Shown: positions 35,601-44,119, counted from the first letter of the stretch. The stretch: 64,000 nt of DNA from Bacteroidales bacterium (GCA_024709145.1 JANJXG010000006.1:38550-102549); one strand, 5' to 3'. A program made the numbers and translations. Notes: generated by a model from the sequence alone, not told the origin.

Positions 35601-37875
35601 AACCACCCGTTGCCAGGGCGGTAAGCTGAATTTCTTCTGCAGGACAGATATTATAATTATTTGAAGTGACATCAGCCTGAAGTACCGGAGTTCCTGAAAC
35701 AAAAACCACTGTTTGCGCTTGTTGGCTGATGCAAGCTGTGCTTTGGTCGGTTACTTGTAACTGGAATTGCCGTGTTGTGGTCAGAGGCACCGTGGCAGCA
35801 TTGGCAGCTGTTGGGTTGATGAGGTAACCTACAGGTGTCCAGGAATAAGTATAATTACCTGAACCTCCTGTAGCTGAACCGTTTAACAAAGCAGTTTGAC
35901 CGCTCTGAATCAATTGCTCAGCTCCGGCATTTGCCACTGGTTTGTTTTTTATTTCGATCAGGGCGTTTCCAGTCATTGGGGTTATGCAGCCCTGATTTGT
36001 TTGCCGGGCTTCAACGGTATAAATACCATTCTCGGTGAAAACACCGAAAGTGAGCGCACTGCCAGTGCCTTCCTTTGTCAGGATAGCCTGACCATCACGA
36101 TACAAAAGGTATTGATGCCCGGTTTGTGAGCCGGAAAGCCCGACTGATAAACCCGGATCGCCGGTGCAATAATAACCACCTCCGGTGACATTGAAGTTTT
36201 GTGGTAATGGGGTAACCTGGATGGTCACCGATTTGCTGATAGTTGAATTACCGTCGCTGAGGTTCAGTTGATAGGTAGTGCTCAAGAGGGGCTGAACATT
36301 GATCTGTGGGCTGTTGGATGTAAATCCTGCAGGAACCGATGTCCACGAGTATGTGTAATTTCCGCTGCCACCACTGGCATTGGCAACTATTGGAACATCG
36401 GTTTGAGGGCAAATATTTGTTGCTCCGGCAGTGAGGTTAACATCCAGCGGCCCGCCGGTTACTACCACCTTTAAAGTGTCTGCACTGCTGTGGCATTGGG
36501 AAATGAGGTCTCTAACGGTCACCGTAAAAATACGGGATTGATAAAGTGGAATGGTAGGGCTTGATGCCTGCTGTGGCTGTTGAACAAATGCAGCAGGCTG
36601 CCATTGATATTGATAGGTTGATCCGCCGTTCACCTGAGCCTGAAGCAAAGCTGTTTCGCCTTGACCTATGCTTTGGTCTGAACCTGCAAATACTTGTGGA
36701 ACAATATATTGAATTACCTGAACATTGCCAGACATTTGAGATGAGCAAGCAGTTGAGTTGTTTCTGGCAGCAACAGTATAAAAACCGGTTTCCGAAATTG
36801 GTCCAAATGAAAGGGTAAAACCTGTTCCGTTCAGGATAATATTGGTGGAGATGCCATTTTTGAAAAGTTCGTATTGTACGTCGGTTTGTGAGGATGCAAG
36901 AAAGATTTCAGGCGCCGGCTGACCGCTGCAATAGCTTCCGCCACCAAGAATAGTTTGTTGAAGTGGTATTGGGTTAACAATGATTTGAACCTTGTTGAGC
37001 ATGCCAATGGCACAGCCGGTGGAACCATTGATGGCAGTAACTGAATACTCTCCGGCTTGTGTAAACTGACCTAAGCTGATTGATTCGCCTGTTCCAGAAA
37101 GAACGATGCCTGTGCTGTTGCCATTTCTGTATAGGTGATACGCTATACCTGCTTCAGTATCTTCAAGTCCGATAGGCAGGCCGCTTCCTCCCTGGCAATA
37201 GGATCCTCCGCCGGTTACAGTTTGAAGGGTAGGGGTGGGATTTACAAAAAGTGGCGCGGCAGTGGTCGTATCAGGGCAGTTTCCATTAAGCATCCGGCAA
37301 CGGTAGCGAAAACCGTTCATCCCCGTGGTGGTAAAAATGCTGAGGTTGGGTTCGGTCACCCCTGAATAAAAAGCATTGTTTGTAATATCAATCCAGCCTG
37401 ATCCCACACTCTCCTGCCATTGATAACTGTCGGCATACAAAGCAGCGGTAGTGAATACCGCAGTTTCATTTTTACACACGGTAATACCTGATGGATTGAT
37501 GGTAATCACAGGCGGTTCGTTCACGCCAAGGATCGCAGCTTCACTCAACTCGGAATTGTTATCGCCATCTGTAACCTTGCAACGGTATAAATAACCGTTG
37601 AGACCAAGATTAGCATCATTAATGATCAGAATTGGTGTTGTATAGCCGCTGGCATAAGTGATCGTTTCATCGATGTTGTACCAGCCGATACCGTCGTTTT
37701 CCTGCCATTGGTATGCAACAGTATTCACGGCAAGAACATAAAATGAGGCATTGCCTCCATTGCATACGGAGGTATCTGCCGGCTGGCCAATGACTACCGG
37801 CTGAGCTTCAAGTTCGTCTGAAATCAGCATCAAACCAAGCATCATCAAAAAATATATCAAAACAGTGGACCGCAT
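29632..37875 (-). CDS. Giant SprB-like cell-surface adhesin with T9SS type B (gliding-motility-associated) C-terminal domain
   Basis: 2,747 aa. Signal peptide, then two Ig-like modules (YQWQ...YRC). Next come 11 GGG-x-x-C modules and 16 GGSGNY-type SprB-like repeats. The C-terminus INAFSPNSDNINDRF...VFNRWGVELY...WDGRYNG...GTYYYLLEI matches the CHU_C/type B CTD (nt 29635-29880). Confidence 0.85.
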   Translation of the reverse strand: MRSTVLIYFLMMLGLMLISDELEAQPVVIGQPADTSVCNGGNASFYVLAVNTVAYQWQENDGIGWYNIDETITYASGYTTPILIINDANLGLNGYLYRCKVTDGDNNSELSEAAILGVNEPPVITINPSGITVCKNETAVFTTAALYADSYQWQESVGSGWIDITNNAFYSGVTEPNLSIFTTTGMNGFRYRCRMLNGNCPDTTTAAPLFVNPTPTLQTVTGGGSYCQGGSGLPIGLEDTEAGIAYHLYRNGNSTGIVLSGTGESISLGQFTQAGEYSVTAINGSTGCAIGMLNKVQIIVNPIPLQQTILGGGSYCSGQPAPEIFLASSQTDVQYELFKNGISTNIILNGTGFTLSFGPISETGFYTVAARNNSTACSSQMSGNVQVIQYIVPQVFAGSDQSIGQGETALLQAQVNGGSTYQYQWQPAAFVQQPQQASSPTIPLYQSRIFTVTVRDLISQCHSSADTLKVVVTGGPLDVNLTAGATNICPQTDVPIVANASGGSGNYTYSWTSVPAGFTSNSPQINVQPLLSTTYQLNLSDGNSTISKSVTIQVTPLPQNFNVTGGGYYCTGDPGLSVGLSGSQTGHQYLLYRDGQAILTKEGTGSALTFGVFTENGIYTVEARQTNQGCITPMTGNALIEIKNKPVANAGAEQLIQSGQTALLNGSATGGSGNYTYSWTPVGYLINPTAANAATVPLTTTRQFQLQVTDQSTACISQQAQTVVFVSGTPVLQADVTSNNYNICPAEEIQLTALATGGSGSYNYSWQSKPEGFTSGVYNPTASPMVTVTYIVTVTDGFLSAKDSVQITVRSKPTIYNLTGGGSYCPGEQAPEIKLSDSDPGVFYSLFRNGNETGEIRQGNGEPISFGQQPTSGNYQAKAFSPVNLCSSMMDGMTEVIQKSRPLADAGPDATILYNSSNLLAAAITNGSGNYSGVWSPANRVLQPNSIQTNTTPLTSTTIFSFVATDQQSGCQSLTDTKTVFVSGNAINLTLQSEANQICAGETCSISAITSGGTGSYTYYWTSVPEGFFGNTAQITVTPVETTTYTVVVSDGLQTVSQSTAIVVNPLPQVYSVTGGGSICQTGEQLPVGLSGSASGISYALFYEGVEAARLIGSGTSLSFGLFSANGTYTVRAKNQLTNCNLAMNGQAVIFSGGQVIADAGPDKSVVAGGEVILEGNVISSQPGYTYSWEPAAKLLNPEAIQPTTTALTETTLFKLVANGAGNICQPSTDYVTVFVNSSPIYLQVTASSTSLCPGDAVQLLALPGGGNGNYSFNWLSNPTGFTSNVYNPVFTPTTPTTFTVTVNDGAQSYTQSVFVDVKSAPTQFTISGGGGFCQESLPINLSLSGSEPGVVYKLFRNNNPVYQSINGTGVPIIFQNIDSEGIYTIKAQNEATCQASMTGEASVVILDKPLVVASPDQVVTAGSSTTLSAVAGGGSGNYSYHWQPAALLLNPEASTTQTLPLNQSTAFVVRVTDISTMCQSLPDTVIVVVSGITLSAGILAENTQYCRGSDILLTALPEGGSGNYSYQWTDPEMNVVGTSAILTIPAMISGTYKLTLTDGSAAATAETEITVLDVPATFELSGGGFLCSQVESKQLLLSQSESGIEYSLLHNQSQVTAILYGTGNPLTFQQIVYPGHYTVKAKNLSNSCSAKMNGEANIFETEPIIIQTSGLQQIISGQTAFLTSQTSGGSGQFSFLWSPAELVQQPNLANTQTVELLENATFSLEVIDQTTGCQQNSQAWVVVNQSNLMLETFAEQNELCPGDFTRLYALASGGNGPVSYTWSSDPSGFLSNQFNPVVNPLVSTSYTVVVSDGWTSISATVFIEVKQAATTFQISGGGVICQGSNTASILLSDSETGVEYTLFRNAFPTDFVLPGTGQPLLFVALTLEGQYTISAKLNATSCNAMMDGVAEVIAYNSPLVNAGADQQITLNEAALLQGIVSNGTGSYQYQWNPAYLTLQPQAASTLTVPLAQSTGFLFHAQDQQSGCNSMVDTTFVVVTGGALSLQLFPNPAEACQGSNILLTALPGGGNGNYEVVWSDKNGDFLGLGTQISYTVSSSDWVFATLQEGSSQLKDSIFVTAISYPAIFEVTGGGSFCNPETAVEVGLNNSESGYIYTLFRNYDQALISVVGQGTPILFGSFRLEGIYTVVAKNTTGGCVSQMQGSALVQYFNSPVIEAGPDQVIAYGTTTQLTSTTYGGTGNYSYLWQPADLILNPGAASPLTKNLLSSQVFTVQATDIQSGCTATDQSLVFVQGSTLTIDLSHSQSAVCPAQTVTCQAIPTGGSGNYTWQWTTEPDSGNGTNPVFSFQPGTTTKVKVTVSDGFSQQSDSAIIFVNPLPQAYPLSGGGSWCAGAVAPNLVLSGSEPNTLYELYRNGFNTGESKNGTGQALEFTLSSVSGNYTVRASNLSGCIRLMDGEVSSNQEPIPQVFQFSGGGSHCADESGKGFLLSGSSPETDYHLFLNSNEPAGIFEGNGLPISIVSTNVSGNYVMQAISKQSGCSSWMTGAASLLVYPKPVPQISGPKEICTGDPLNLTAIGGEAFEWLTSPPVTGSSITDYPTENTTYTLLAKNSFGCVGTTSASVEVNGIPVITLANQPEQQRIVVISATINENYRFLSGNQQLASGSDPFYVYGLTVLPSDTIVVVAENEKGCLASAEIVLDRETGGEISINAFSPNSDNINDRFLKGNYLKVFNRWGVELYAGSEGWDGRYNGALVSPGTYYYLLEIRDVSGNLIRTEKGSVTIVIE
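30334..37230 (-). repeat. Protein-level super-repeat A-A-(B-C-A)x8-A inside the adhesin, period 254-255 aa (~763 nt)
   Basis: By my count, the module-A conserved Cys (GGGxxC) falls at aa 227, 316, 570, 825, 1080, 1334, 1588, 1842, 2097, 2351 and 2439. The spacings are 89, 254, 255, 255, 254, 254, 254, 255, 254 and 88. The DNA copies are strongly diverged at synonymous sites. Confidence 0.8.
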
Positions 37876-38304
37876 AGGATCGTTGTTCTCGCTATTTTTT
37901 TCACAGTGTTTTCCTGGCAGTTTGTCCGAACAGGGTTTTCAAATAATTCTGTTCATCAACAAATCGCACCAGACCTGTATGCATTATTAACTAAAAAATT
38001 ACTTGAATTGTCTGTTGAAACACAATTGGCGGGAGTGGTTAAAACGCTTCAAAATTAAGCATTTTAAAGCTTTGGGGGCATTTTATCAACATTTTTGTGA
38101 ACATGTCATTGTTAAAAAGTCGTAGACGGTTGTTAAGGAAATTAACTGAATACTTGGATTGTTGTTTTTGCCAAAAGCTTCATATAGTTTGTGATTATCG
38201 TTCAATTTAGAATCACTCTGAATTGTTGTTTTCAGTAATGATTTTTACAAATTGTGCTACTTTTACCCTTTCAAAAAAAGCAGGATCAATTAATAATTTC
38301 TATC

Positions 38305-39291
38305 ATGGTGAATCTCAGTACTTCATACATGGGGCTTAAGCTCAAAAACCCCATTATTATTGGTAGTTCGGGCTTGACAAATTCTGTTGAAAACATTCGT
38401 GAAGCGGCTGCCAACGGTGCTGCTGCTGTGGTGCTCAAATCTTTGTTTGAGGAGCAGATACTGCATAGTGCCAGTCACACCCTGCTTCAGAATGAAACCT
38501 CGAACTATTATCCGGAAGCCGAGGATTATATCAGGAATTATACCCGCTCGAATGATGTGGATAATTATCTGACACTGATACGTGAAAGCAAAAAAGCTGT
38601 GGATATTCCCATCATTGCCAGCATCAACTGTATTTCAAGCAGTGAATGGACCGATTTTGCTAAAAGGATCGAAGAAGCCGGTGCAGATGCCATTGAGTTA
38701 AATATCTTTGTTTTACCTTCAGATCCGCTAAAAACAGGTGAGCAGAATGAAGCGGTATATTTTGAAATCCTGGAAAAAATCATGCGCACTGTGAAAATTC
38801 CTGTGAGTGCAAAAATCAGTTATTATTTTTCTGGTCTGGCAAAGATGGCCCTCAAGCTGTCCTGGACAGGAATTTCTGGTTTGGTCTTGTTCAACAGGTT
38901 TTTTTCGCCCGATATTGATATTGACCGCTTCGAGGTGAAAGCTACCAATGTTTTCAGTAGTCCTGCAGAGTTGTCTACTTCGCTTCGTTGGGTTGCCATG
39001 CTGTCAACCAAAGTGCAGTGCGACATTGCGGCATCCACCGGCATTCACGATGGCAAAGCTGTGATCAAACAATTGCTTGCCGGAGCCTCTGCCGTTCAGA
39101 TTGCTTCTGTGATTTATAAAAAAGGTTTCCGGGAAATTACTATTATGCTCGATGAAATTCAAACCTGGATGAACCGGCACAACTTCCAGTCACTTGATCA
39201 GTTTGTGGGCCGCATGAGTGTGAAAGAAGCCGAAAACCCTGCTGCTTATGAGCGTGTTCAATTTATGAAACACTTCAGCGGCATAGAGTAG
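38305..39291 (+). CDS. Dihydroorotate dehydrogenase-like (class 1 DHOD/DPD fold) protein
   Basis: MVNLSTSYMGLKLKNPIIIGSSGLT...AAVVLKSLFEEQ is a TIM-barrel DHOD-like signature. Start moved from the track's GTG at 38254 to the ATG at 38305. Confidence 0.7.
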   Translation: MVNLSTSYMGLKLKNPIIIGSSGLTNSVENIREAAANGAAAVVLKSLFEEQILHSASHTLLQNETSNYYPEAEDYIRNYTRSNDVDNYLTLIRESKKAVDIPIIASINCISSSEWTDFAKRIEEAGADAIELNIFVLPSDPLKTGEQNEAVYFEILEKIMRTVKIPVSAKISYYFSGLAKMALKLSWTGISGLVLFNRFFSPDIDIDRFEVKATNVFSSPAELSTSLRWVAMLSTKVQCDIAASTGIHDGKAVIKQLLAGASAVQIASVIYKKGFREITIMLDEIQTWMNRHNFQSLDQFVGRMSVKEAENPAAYERVQFMKHFSGIE

Positions 39292-39313
39292 AGCTGTCTC
39301 CGTGATTTTATAC

Positions 39314-41731
39314 TTACTTCATTTTCACCCTTGTGATGCCGTGCCCTCCTGTTTCAAGTGAGGCGTCTTCAAAGTGGCTAACCTCTTTCATTTTGCTTAG
39401 AAACTCCCTGATAACCCTTCGCAGGATGCCGTTTCCTTTGCCGTGAAGTATGCTGAATTCTTTAATACTCAACAGCATGGCTTCGTCAACATATCGACTG
39501 ATCGTTTCAAGTGCTTCTTCGGCACGTTTCCCTCTAACATCGATCGTAAGTTTGAAATTGGCTGCCTTTTCATTGATGTCGTCTCCAATGTTGCCGGCAT
39601 TTCGCTTGAATGTTTTTCTCTCTTCCTTTCTTTGCTCTTTGTGTGAAAGCGGACTAAGCTTCTCGGGAGAGGTTCTTAGTTTTACCGAGTTGAAAATAAC
39701 AACAGCTTCGTGAGGGGAAATTGACAAAAGCTCGCCGGTAATATCCATTTCTTCAATGCGAACCATCATCCCTGCTTTGAGTGTTGCCGGCAATTCAGGC
39801 TCCTTAAGATCTTCAATTTGAATAGCATCAGCTTTCTTGTTTGCTTCGGTTTCAAGCAGGGGTTTCATCAGCTGTAATTCCTCCCGCAATGTTTTGGTGC
39901 GCTCTTTTTCAGCTTGAGTTTCCCTTATTTCCTTGATGGTTAGTTCGATTTGTCTGTTGGCTTTGTCGATAATCGACCGGGCCTCGCGTCCGGCTTCGAG
40001 GAGCAGGCCTTTTTTTCGTTCTTCCAACTGTTTCAGCAGTCTTTTGTATTTTTCGATTACTTCATTCAGCAATGAATCGGCAAGTCTGAGTTCTGCCTGC
40101 TTTTTGGCAACTTCTCTTTTTTCAGTTTCCAGCTGCTGAAGCTGTTGTTCAAAATTGAGCTGTGAAAAACCGGTTATCGTTGCTGCCTTTTCAAGCACCT
40201 GCTCAGGAATGCCTGTTTTTCGCGCTATCTCAAAAGCAAAAGAGCTGCCGGGTTTTCCTGTTTGTAATATATAGAGAGGTTGTAATTTTCTGATGTCAAA
40301 TAACATAGCTCCGTTGAATATGCCTTCAGCCTTGTCGGCAAGCAATTTTAGGTTGGCATAATGGGTTGTAACCAGTCCAAAGGCTCTTTGCTCGTTGAGG
40401 GCTTCCAGTACCGATTCAGCAATAGCTCCGCCGGATTGCGGCTCGGTTCCGGTACCAAATTCATCGATCAGAAACAGGCTGCGCTCATTGGCGTGTTTGA
40501 GAAAATGAGCCATATGCAGTAAATGGGAGCTATAGGTACTCAGGTCGTTTTCAAGGGATTGTTCATCGCCGATGTCAATAAACAGATGATCGAAGATACC
40601 GGCTCTTGAATCGGGATGCATAGGCACCATCAGGCCGCACTGAAGCATATACTGAAGAAGTCCGGTCGTTTTCAGACAAACAGATTTACCTCCTGCATTG
40701 GGACCGGAAATGACTAAAATTCTTTGTTCTTCATTGAGCTGAAGGTCAAGGGGTACAGCTGTTTTTTTTTGTTCTTTCAGGCTGATCTCCAGCAGCGGAT
40801 GAACGGCATTGCGCCAGTCAGCAACCGGATAATCACTGAGCTGTGGTTTTGAAGCATTAATTTTTCTTGCGAGCAGTGCCTTGGCGTGCATCAGGTCAAT
40901 TTCGCCCAGCATATTCCAGTGCCGGTGGAGCATAGGTAACTGCGGTCTGATCAGTTGACTGAAAGCTGCCAGAATGCGATGGATCTCTCTTTTTTCGGCG
41001 TATTCGAGTTCCTTGATTTCGTTGTTTGTGTCAAATACCTCGGCAGGTTCAATGTAAACTGTCTGACCTGTGGAGGATTCATCGTGAATAAACCCCCTGA
41101 TTTTTCTTTTGTCGGCAGCCCGCACCGGAATCACCATCCTGCCATTTCGGATGGTTACTTCAACATCACTCTCGGTCCATCCCGCATGCTTGGCTTCACC
41201 CAGCATCTGTCTTATTCTTCGCTCAATCGTGCCTTGTTTTCTTCTGATGTCTTGCCTGATTTCAGCCAGCAGTTCACTTGCCTTGTCGGGTATCTCACCT
41301 TTGTCGTCCATGATGCGGTTGATTTCGCGAAGCATCATTTTATCGATTGTCAAACCTTCGGTGAGTTGCCTGACAGGAAAATAGGATGAGGCACCTTCGC
41401 TGGACGCAAAAATCAGAATCTGATGCACTATTCCAAGACCCGTTTTCAACTCAAACAGGGCTTCCTGCTCAATTACAGTGCCTTCGATGCGAAGACGATG
41501 CAATTCTTCGCGGATGTCAACATAATCTTTTACCGGAAAAGGCATGCCATTATCCATCAGCTTAAGCATGCTTTCGGTTTGCAAAAGACTCTTGTCAATC
41601 AGCGTAGTGTCGGCACAAAAACCGATTGCTTTTGCTTTTTCAAGACCCATTCCGCTGATACAGAATTGGTAAAGCATTTTGCGGATGGTGCTAAAACCTG
41701 TCTTCTCTTCGAAATTAGTTGGGTAAATCAC
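39314..41731 (-). CDS. mutS2: Endonuclease MutS2
   Basis: 805 aa, Walker A ISGPNAGGKS, MutS domain V, coiled-coil linker and a C-terminal Smr domain (IDVRGKRAEEAL...ILHGKGNGILR). Confidence 0.9.
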   Translation of the reverse strand: MIYPTNFEEKTGFSTIRKMLYQFCISGMGLEKAKAIGFCADTTLIDKSLLQTESMLKLMDNGMPFPVKDYVDIREELHRLRIEGTVIEQEALFELKTGLGIVHQILIFASSEGASSYFPVRQLTEGLTIDKMMLREINRIMDDKGEIPDKASELLAEIRQDIRRKQGTIERRIRQMLGEAKHAGWTESDVEVTIRNGRMVIPVRAADKRKIRGFIHDESSTGQTVYIEPAEVFDTNNEIKELEYAEKREIHRILAAFSQLIRPQLPMLHRHWNMLGEIDLMHAKALLARKINASKPQLSDYPVADWRNAVHPLLEISLKEQKKTAVPLDLQLNEEQRILVISGPNAGGKSVCLKTTGLLQYMLQCGLMVPMHPDSRAGIFDHLFIDIGDEQSLENDLSTYSSHLLHMAHFLKHANERSLFLIDEFGTGTEPQSGGAIAESVLEALNEQRAFGLVTTHYANLKLLADKAEGIFNGAMLFDIRKLQPLYILQTGKPGSSFAFEIARKTGIPEQVLEKAATITGFSQLNFEQQLQQLETEKREVAKKQAELRLADSLLNEVIEKYKRLLKQLEERKKGLLLEAGREARSIIDKANRQIELTIKEIRETQAEKERTKTLREELQLMKPLLETEANKKADAIQIEDLKEPELPATLKAGMMVRIEEMDITGELLSISPHEAVVIFNSVKLRTSPEKLSPLSHKEQRKEERKTFKRNAGNIGDDINEKAANFKLTIDVRGKRAEEALETISRYVDEAMLLSIKEFSILHGKGNGILRRVIREFLSKMKEVSHFEDASLETGGHGITRVKMK

Positions 41732-41889
41732 AGTTTGAGTTTAAAGGGCAAAAATAACAATTGTCCGCTTGCGGGCTTCAATGTTGAAACGACATCTGTC
41801 ATTTATTTTAACAAGAGCCGGAACATTTTGTTTCGCAATTCCTTGTTGGGCAGCAATAGGGAAGATTGTATTTTTTGCATCTTTGCAGC

Positions 41890-43764
41890 ATGATTTCAAA
41901 TCTGCTCTTTCGTAAGTTTTTTTTCTTCCTTTTGCTTGCCACGGCGACCTTGGCATGTTTAAAGTGTGCAAATCCTGTTATGCCTACCGGTGGATTGGAG
42001 GATACCCTTCCTCCTCAGGTGATTGGATCACAACCCGGTAATTTCACGGTGGGATTTGTGGGCAGAAGCATTGAGATTGAGTTTAGTGAATTTATTAAAC
42101 TTGAGAAAATTAACCAGCAAGCGCTGATTTCTCCTCCACCTCAAAAAATGCCTGAGTTTCGTTTAAAGGGAAAAAAGCTGCTCGTGAAATTCGATGAGGA
42201 CCTGAAACCTGAAACGACCTATACCATATTTTTTGGCGATGCGATTGTCGATCTTACCGAAAGTAATCCGCTTTCGTCCTATACTTTTGTTTTTTCTACC
42301 GGATCGGTGCTCGATTCCATGGCGCTTAAAGGTAAAGTACACATGGCTTTTGATGATGTTCCTGCCGAAGGTGCCTTTGTTTTTTTGTATCGCATTGAAG
42401 AAGATACCATCCCGGTTGACTCACTTCTTTTTTTCAAAAAGCCATATTATGTAGCCCGGACAGATAAAAAGGGAAATTTCAGGTTTCGTAACCTTCGGAA
42501 TGAGCCATACCGAATGTATGCGATTGAAGACCGTAATTCCAACTTTTTATATGACAAAGGCGGCGAGGCTGTTGCGTTTTCATCAGAAGTAGTTCATCCT
42601 GAATATCTTGATGACAAGAAAACTGATCCAGACAGCCTCAGTGTTTTTTCGTTGAACGATTCTGCCGTGATCGATCACAAGGATCATAAGCATGCCCGGA
42701 TAGCCGCTGTCAGCGACAGCCTTGTTTATGCTGCAAGGCTATTGGCCGATTCATTGGCTTTTGCCAAACTTCGGTCGCTGAAGTTATCCATGTTTTATGA
42801 GGTCGACTCGACCCAAAAGTTGTTGAGGGCAGAGGTTGTAAGAAAGGGACAGCTTAATTTTTCTTTCAGATATCCTGCTCAAAATGTGCTTGTTGAACCG
42901 ATTACTAACTTGCCTGATTCGCTGATGCTGATACGGATGTACAGTGCAAAAAAAGATACGCTCACCTGGTTTTTTCGTGATAGCATTGTTGATTCTGTCC
43001 ATGTAATAGTGAAGCTGGATACCTTAATTCACGACACACTGCGTTTGGCCATGACACCAAAGGTAGTTGCCGCTGCAAAAAGAAATCAGAAAAAGGCAGC
43101 TGCGACTTCTGGTTTATCCTACACCACCCCTGTCACCGGGCGGAGGCTCGACATCGGCAAAACACTTGATTTCAGTTTTCCTGAACCTGTCATCCATTAC
43201 CAGATGCGTGATTCAAGCCGTTGGATTGCCAAAGGCGATACGACTTACAATCAGTTGAAGTTTGTGAAGGCGGATAGCATCGGTTTGAAATATCGACTTG
43301 ATTTTCAAGCTTTCGAACCCGAAGGTGATTATCAGCTCCGCATGCCTGATTCAGTATTTTTTGGCCTCAGCGGAGCAACCAACGATACCATTGATCTGGC
43401 TTTCAAAGTACCTGCTGTGAGCGATTATGGTAATTTAATTCTGGATGTAATACCTGATTTCAGCGGTCAGATGCTCATCCAATTGCTCACACCTAAAGGC
43501 GATGTGGTAGAACAACGGTCGGTTCAAGGCCGCCAAAAACTCAGTTTTATTCAAATGAAACCAGCAAAATTTGTCGTGAAAGCAATCTTTGATGAAAATG
43601 CTAACGGACGATGGGACACCGGCGATCTGGTTGCGGGAAAGCAGCCTGAAACGGTAGTATATTTAGACAAAGAGTTGGAAATCAGGGCTAACTGGGATCT
43701 TGAAGAAGAATGGAAAGTAAGTCTGTCGAAAGAAGTTATACCAACTGTCGGGCCTAAAGACTAA
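41890..43764 (+). CDS. Ig-like (SbsA/Big_5-type) domain lipoprotein of unknown function
   Basis: Lipoprotein-like N-terminus (...LLLATATLACLKC) followed by DTLPPQVIGSQPGNF...IEIEFSEFI, typical of the SbsA_Ig fold. The rest is uncharacterised. Start taken as ATG 41890 rather than TTG 41866. Confidence 0.5.
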   Translation: MISNLLFRKFFFFLLLATATLACLKCANPVMPTGGLEDTLPPQVIGSQPGNFTVGFVGRSIEIEFSEFIKLEKINQQALISPPPQKMPEFRLKGKKLLVKFDEDLKPETTYTIFFGDAIVDLTESNPLSSYTFVFSTGSVLDSMALKGKVHMAFDDVPAEGAFVFLYRIEEDTIPVDSLLFFKKPYYVARTDKKGNFRFRNLRNEPYRMYAIEDRNSNFLYDKGGEAVAFSSEVVHPEYLDDKKTDPDSLSVFSLNDSAVIDHKDHKHARIAAVSDSLVYAARLLADSLAFAKLRSLKLSMFYEVDSTQKLLRAEVVRKGQLNFSFRYPAQNVLVEPITNLPDSLMLIRMYSAKKDTLTWFFRDSIVDSVHVIVKLDTLIHDTLRLAMTPKVVAAAKRNQKKAAATSGLSYTTPVTGRRLDIGKTLDFSFPEPVIHYQMRDSSRWIAKGDTTYNQLKFVKADSIGLKYRLDFQAFEPEGDYQLRMPDSVFFGLSGATNDTIDLAFKVPAVSDYGNLILDVIPDFSGQMLIQLLTPKGDVVEQRSVQGRQKLSFIQMKPAKFVVKAIFDENANGRWDTGDLVAGKQPETVVYLDKELEIRANWDLEEEWKVSLSKEVIPTVGPKD

Positions 43765-43800
43765 AACTTGTGGTAGATGAAGCGCTTGGTTGCAAATTGA

Positions 43801-44103
43801 TCAACCACAATCCTTGCATTTGTTAACACAACGCATTACATCGGCAAGAGCTTCATTTTGAAGCGAATAGTAAATTTTCTTCCCTTCTCGTCGCGAATCA
43901 AGAATACCTTTGTTTTTCATGATATTGAGGTGATGCGATGCTGCAGCCTGTTCAATGTCAAGGGTAATGTAAATTTCGGTGACACTCAGACATTTTTCGC
44001 CCGACAACATTTCTATAATGGCGATACGGGTCGGATGAGCGATGGCTTTTAACTTCGAGGCCATTTGTTCTAACTTCACAGCGCTGAGGGTGATCGTTTC
44101 CAT
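43801..44103 (-). CDS. ArsR/SmtB family metalloregulatory transcription factor
   Basis: HPTRIAIIEMLSGEKCLSVTEI...ASHHLNIMKNKGIL is a winged-helix ArsR signature. Cys38 lies in helix 3 and the C-terminal tail carries C92-x3-C96-x2-C99. Confidence 0.8.
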   Translation of the reverse strand: METITLSAVKLEQMASKLKAIAHPTRIAIIEMLSGEKCLSVTEIYITLDIEQAAASHHLNIMKNKGILDSRREGKKIYYSLQNEALADVMRCVNKCKDCG

Positions 44104-44119
44104 TGGAATGTAATTTTGG

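Noticed and set aside
29632-37875. Possibility of recent tandem duplication or slippage-driven phase or length variation in the adhesin repeats
   Set aside because: The DNA encoding the conserved GGSGNY and GGGxxC motifs uses different codons in nearly every copy. I saw no long identical nucleotide repeats by eye, so the repeats look ancient. A dotplot would be needed to be certain.
39443-41893. Plus-strand ORFs of 67-156 aa antisense to mutS2 (e.g. 40955-41389, 41423-41893)
   Set aside because: They are Ser/Leu/Phe-rich shadow frames of a well-supported mutS2 gene.
44111-44118. Plus-strand TAATTTTG adjacent to the minus-strand -7 box of arsR
   Set aside because: No plus-strand gene lies downstream, since it points into the 3' end of ade. 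It is probably a by-product of the near-palindromic TAATTTTGGCAAAAATA sequence.
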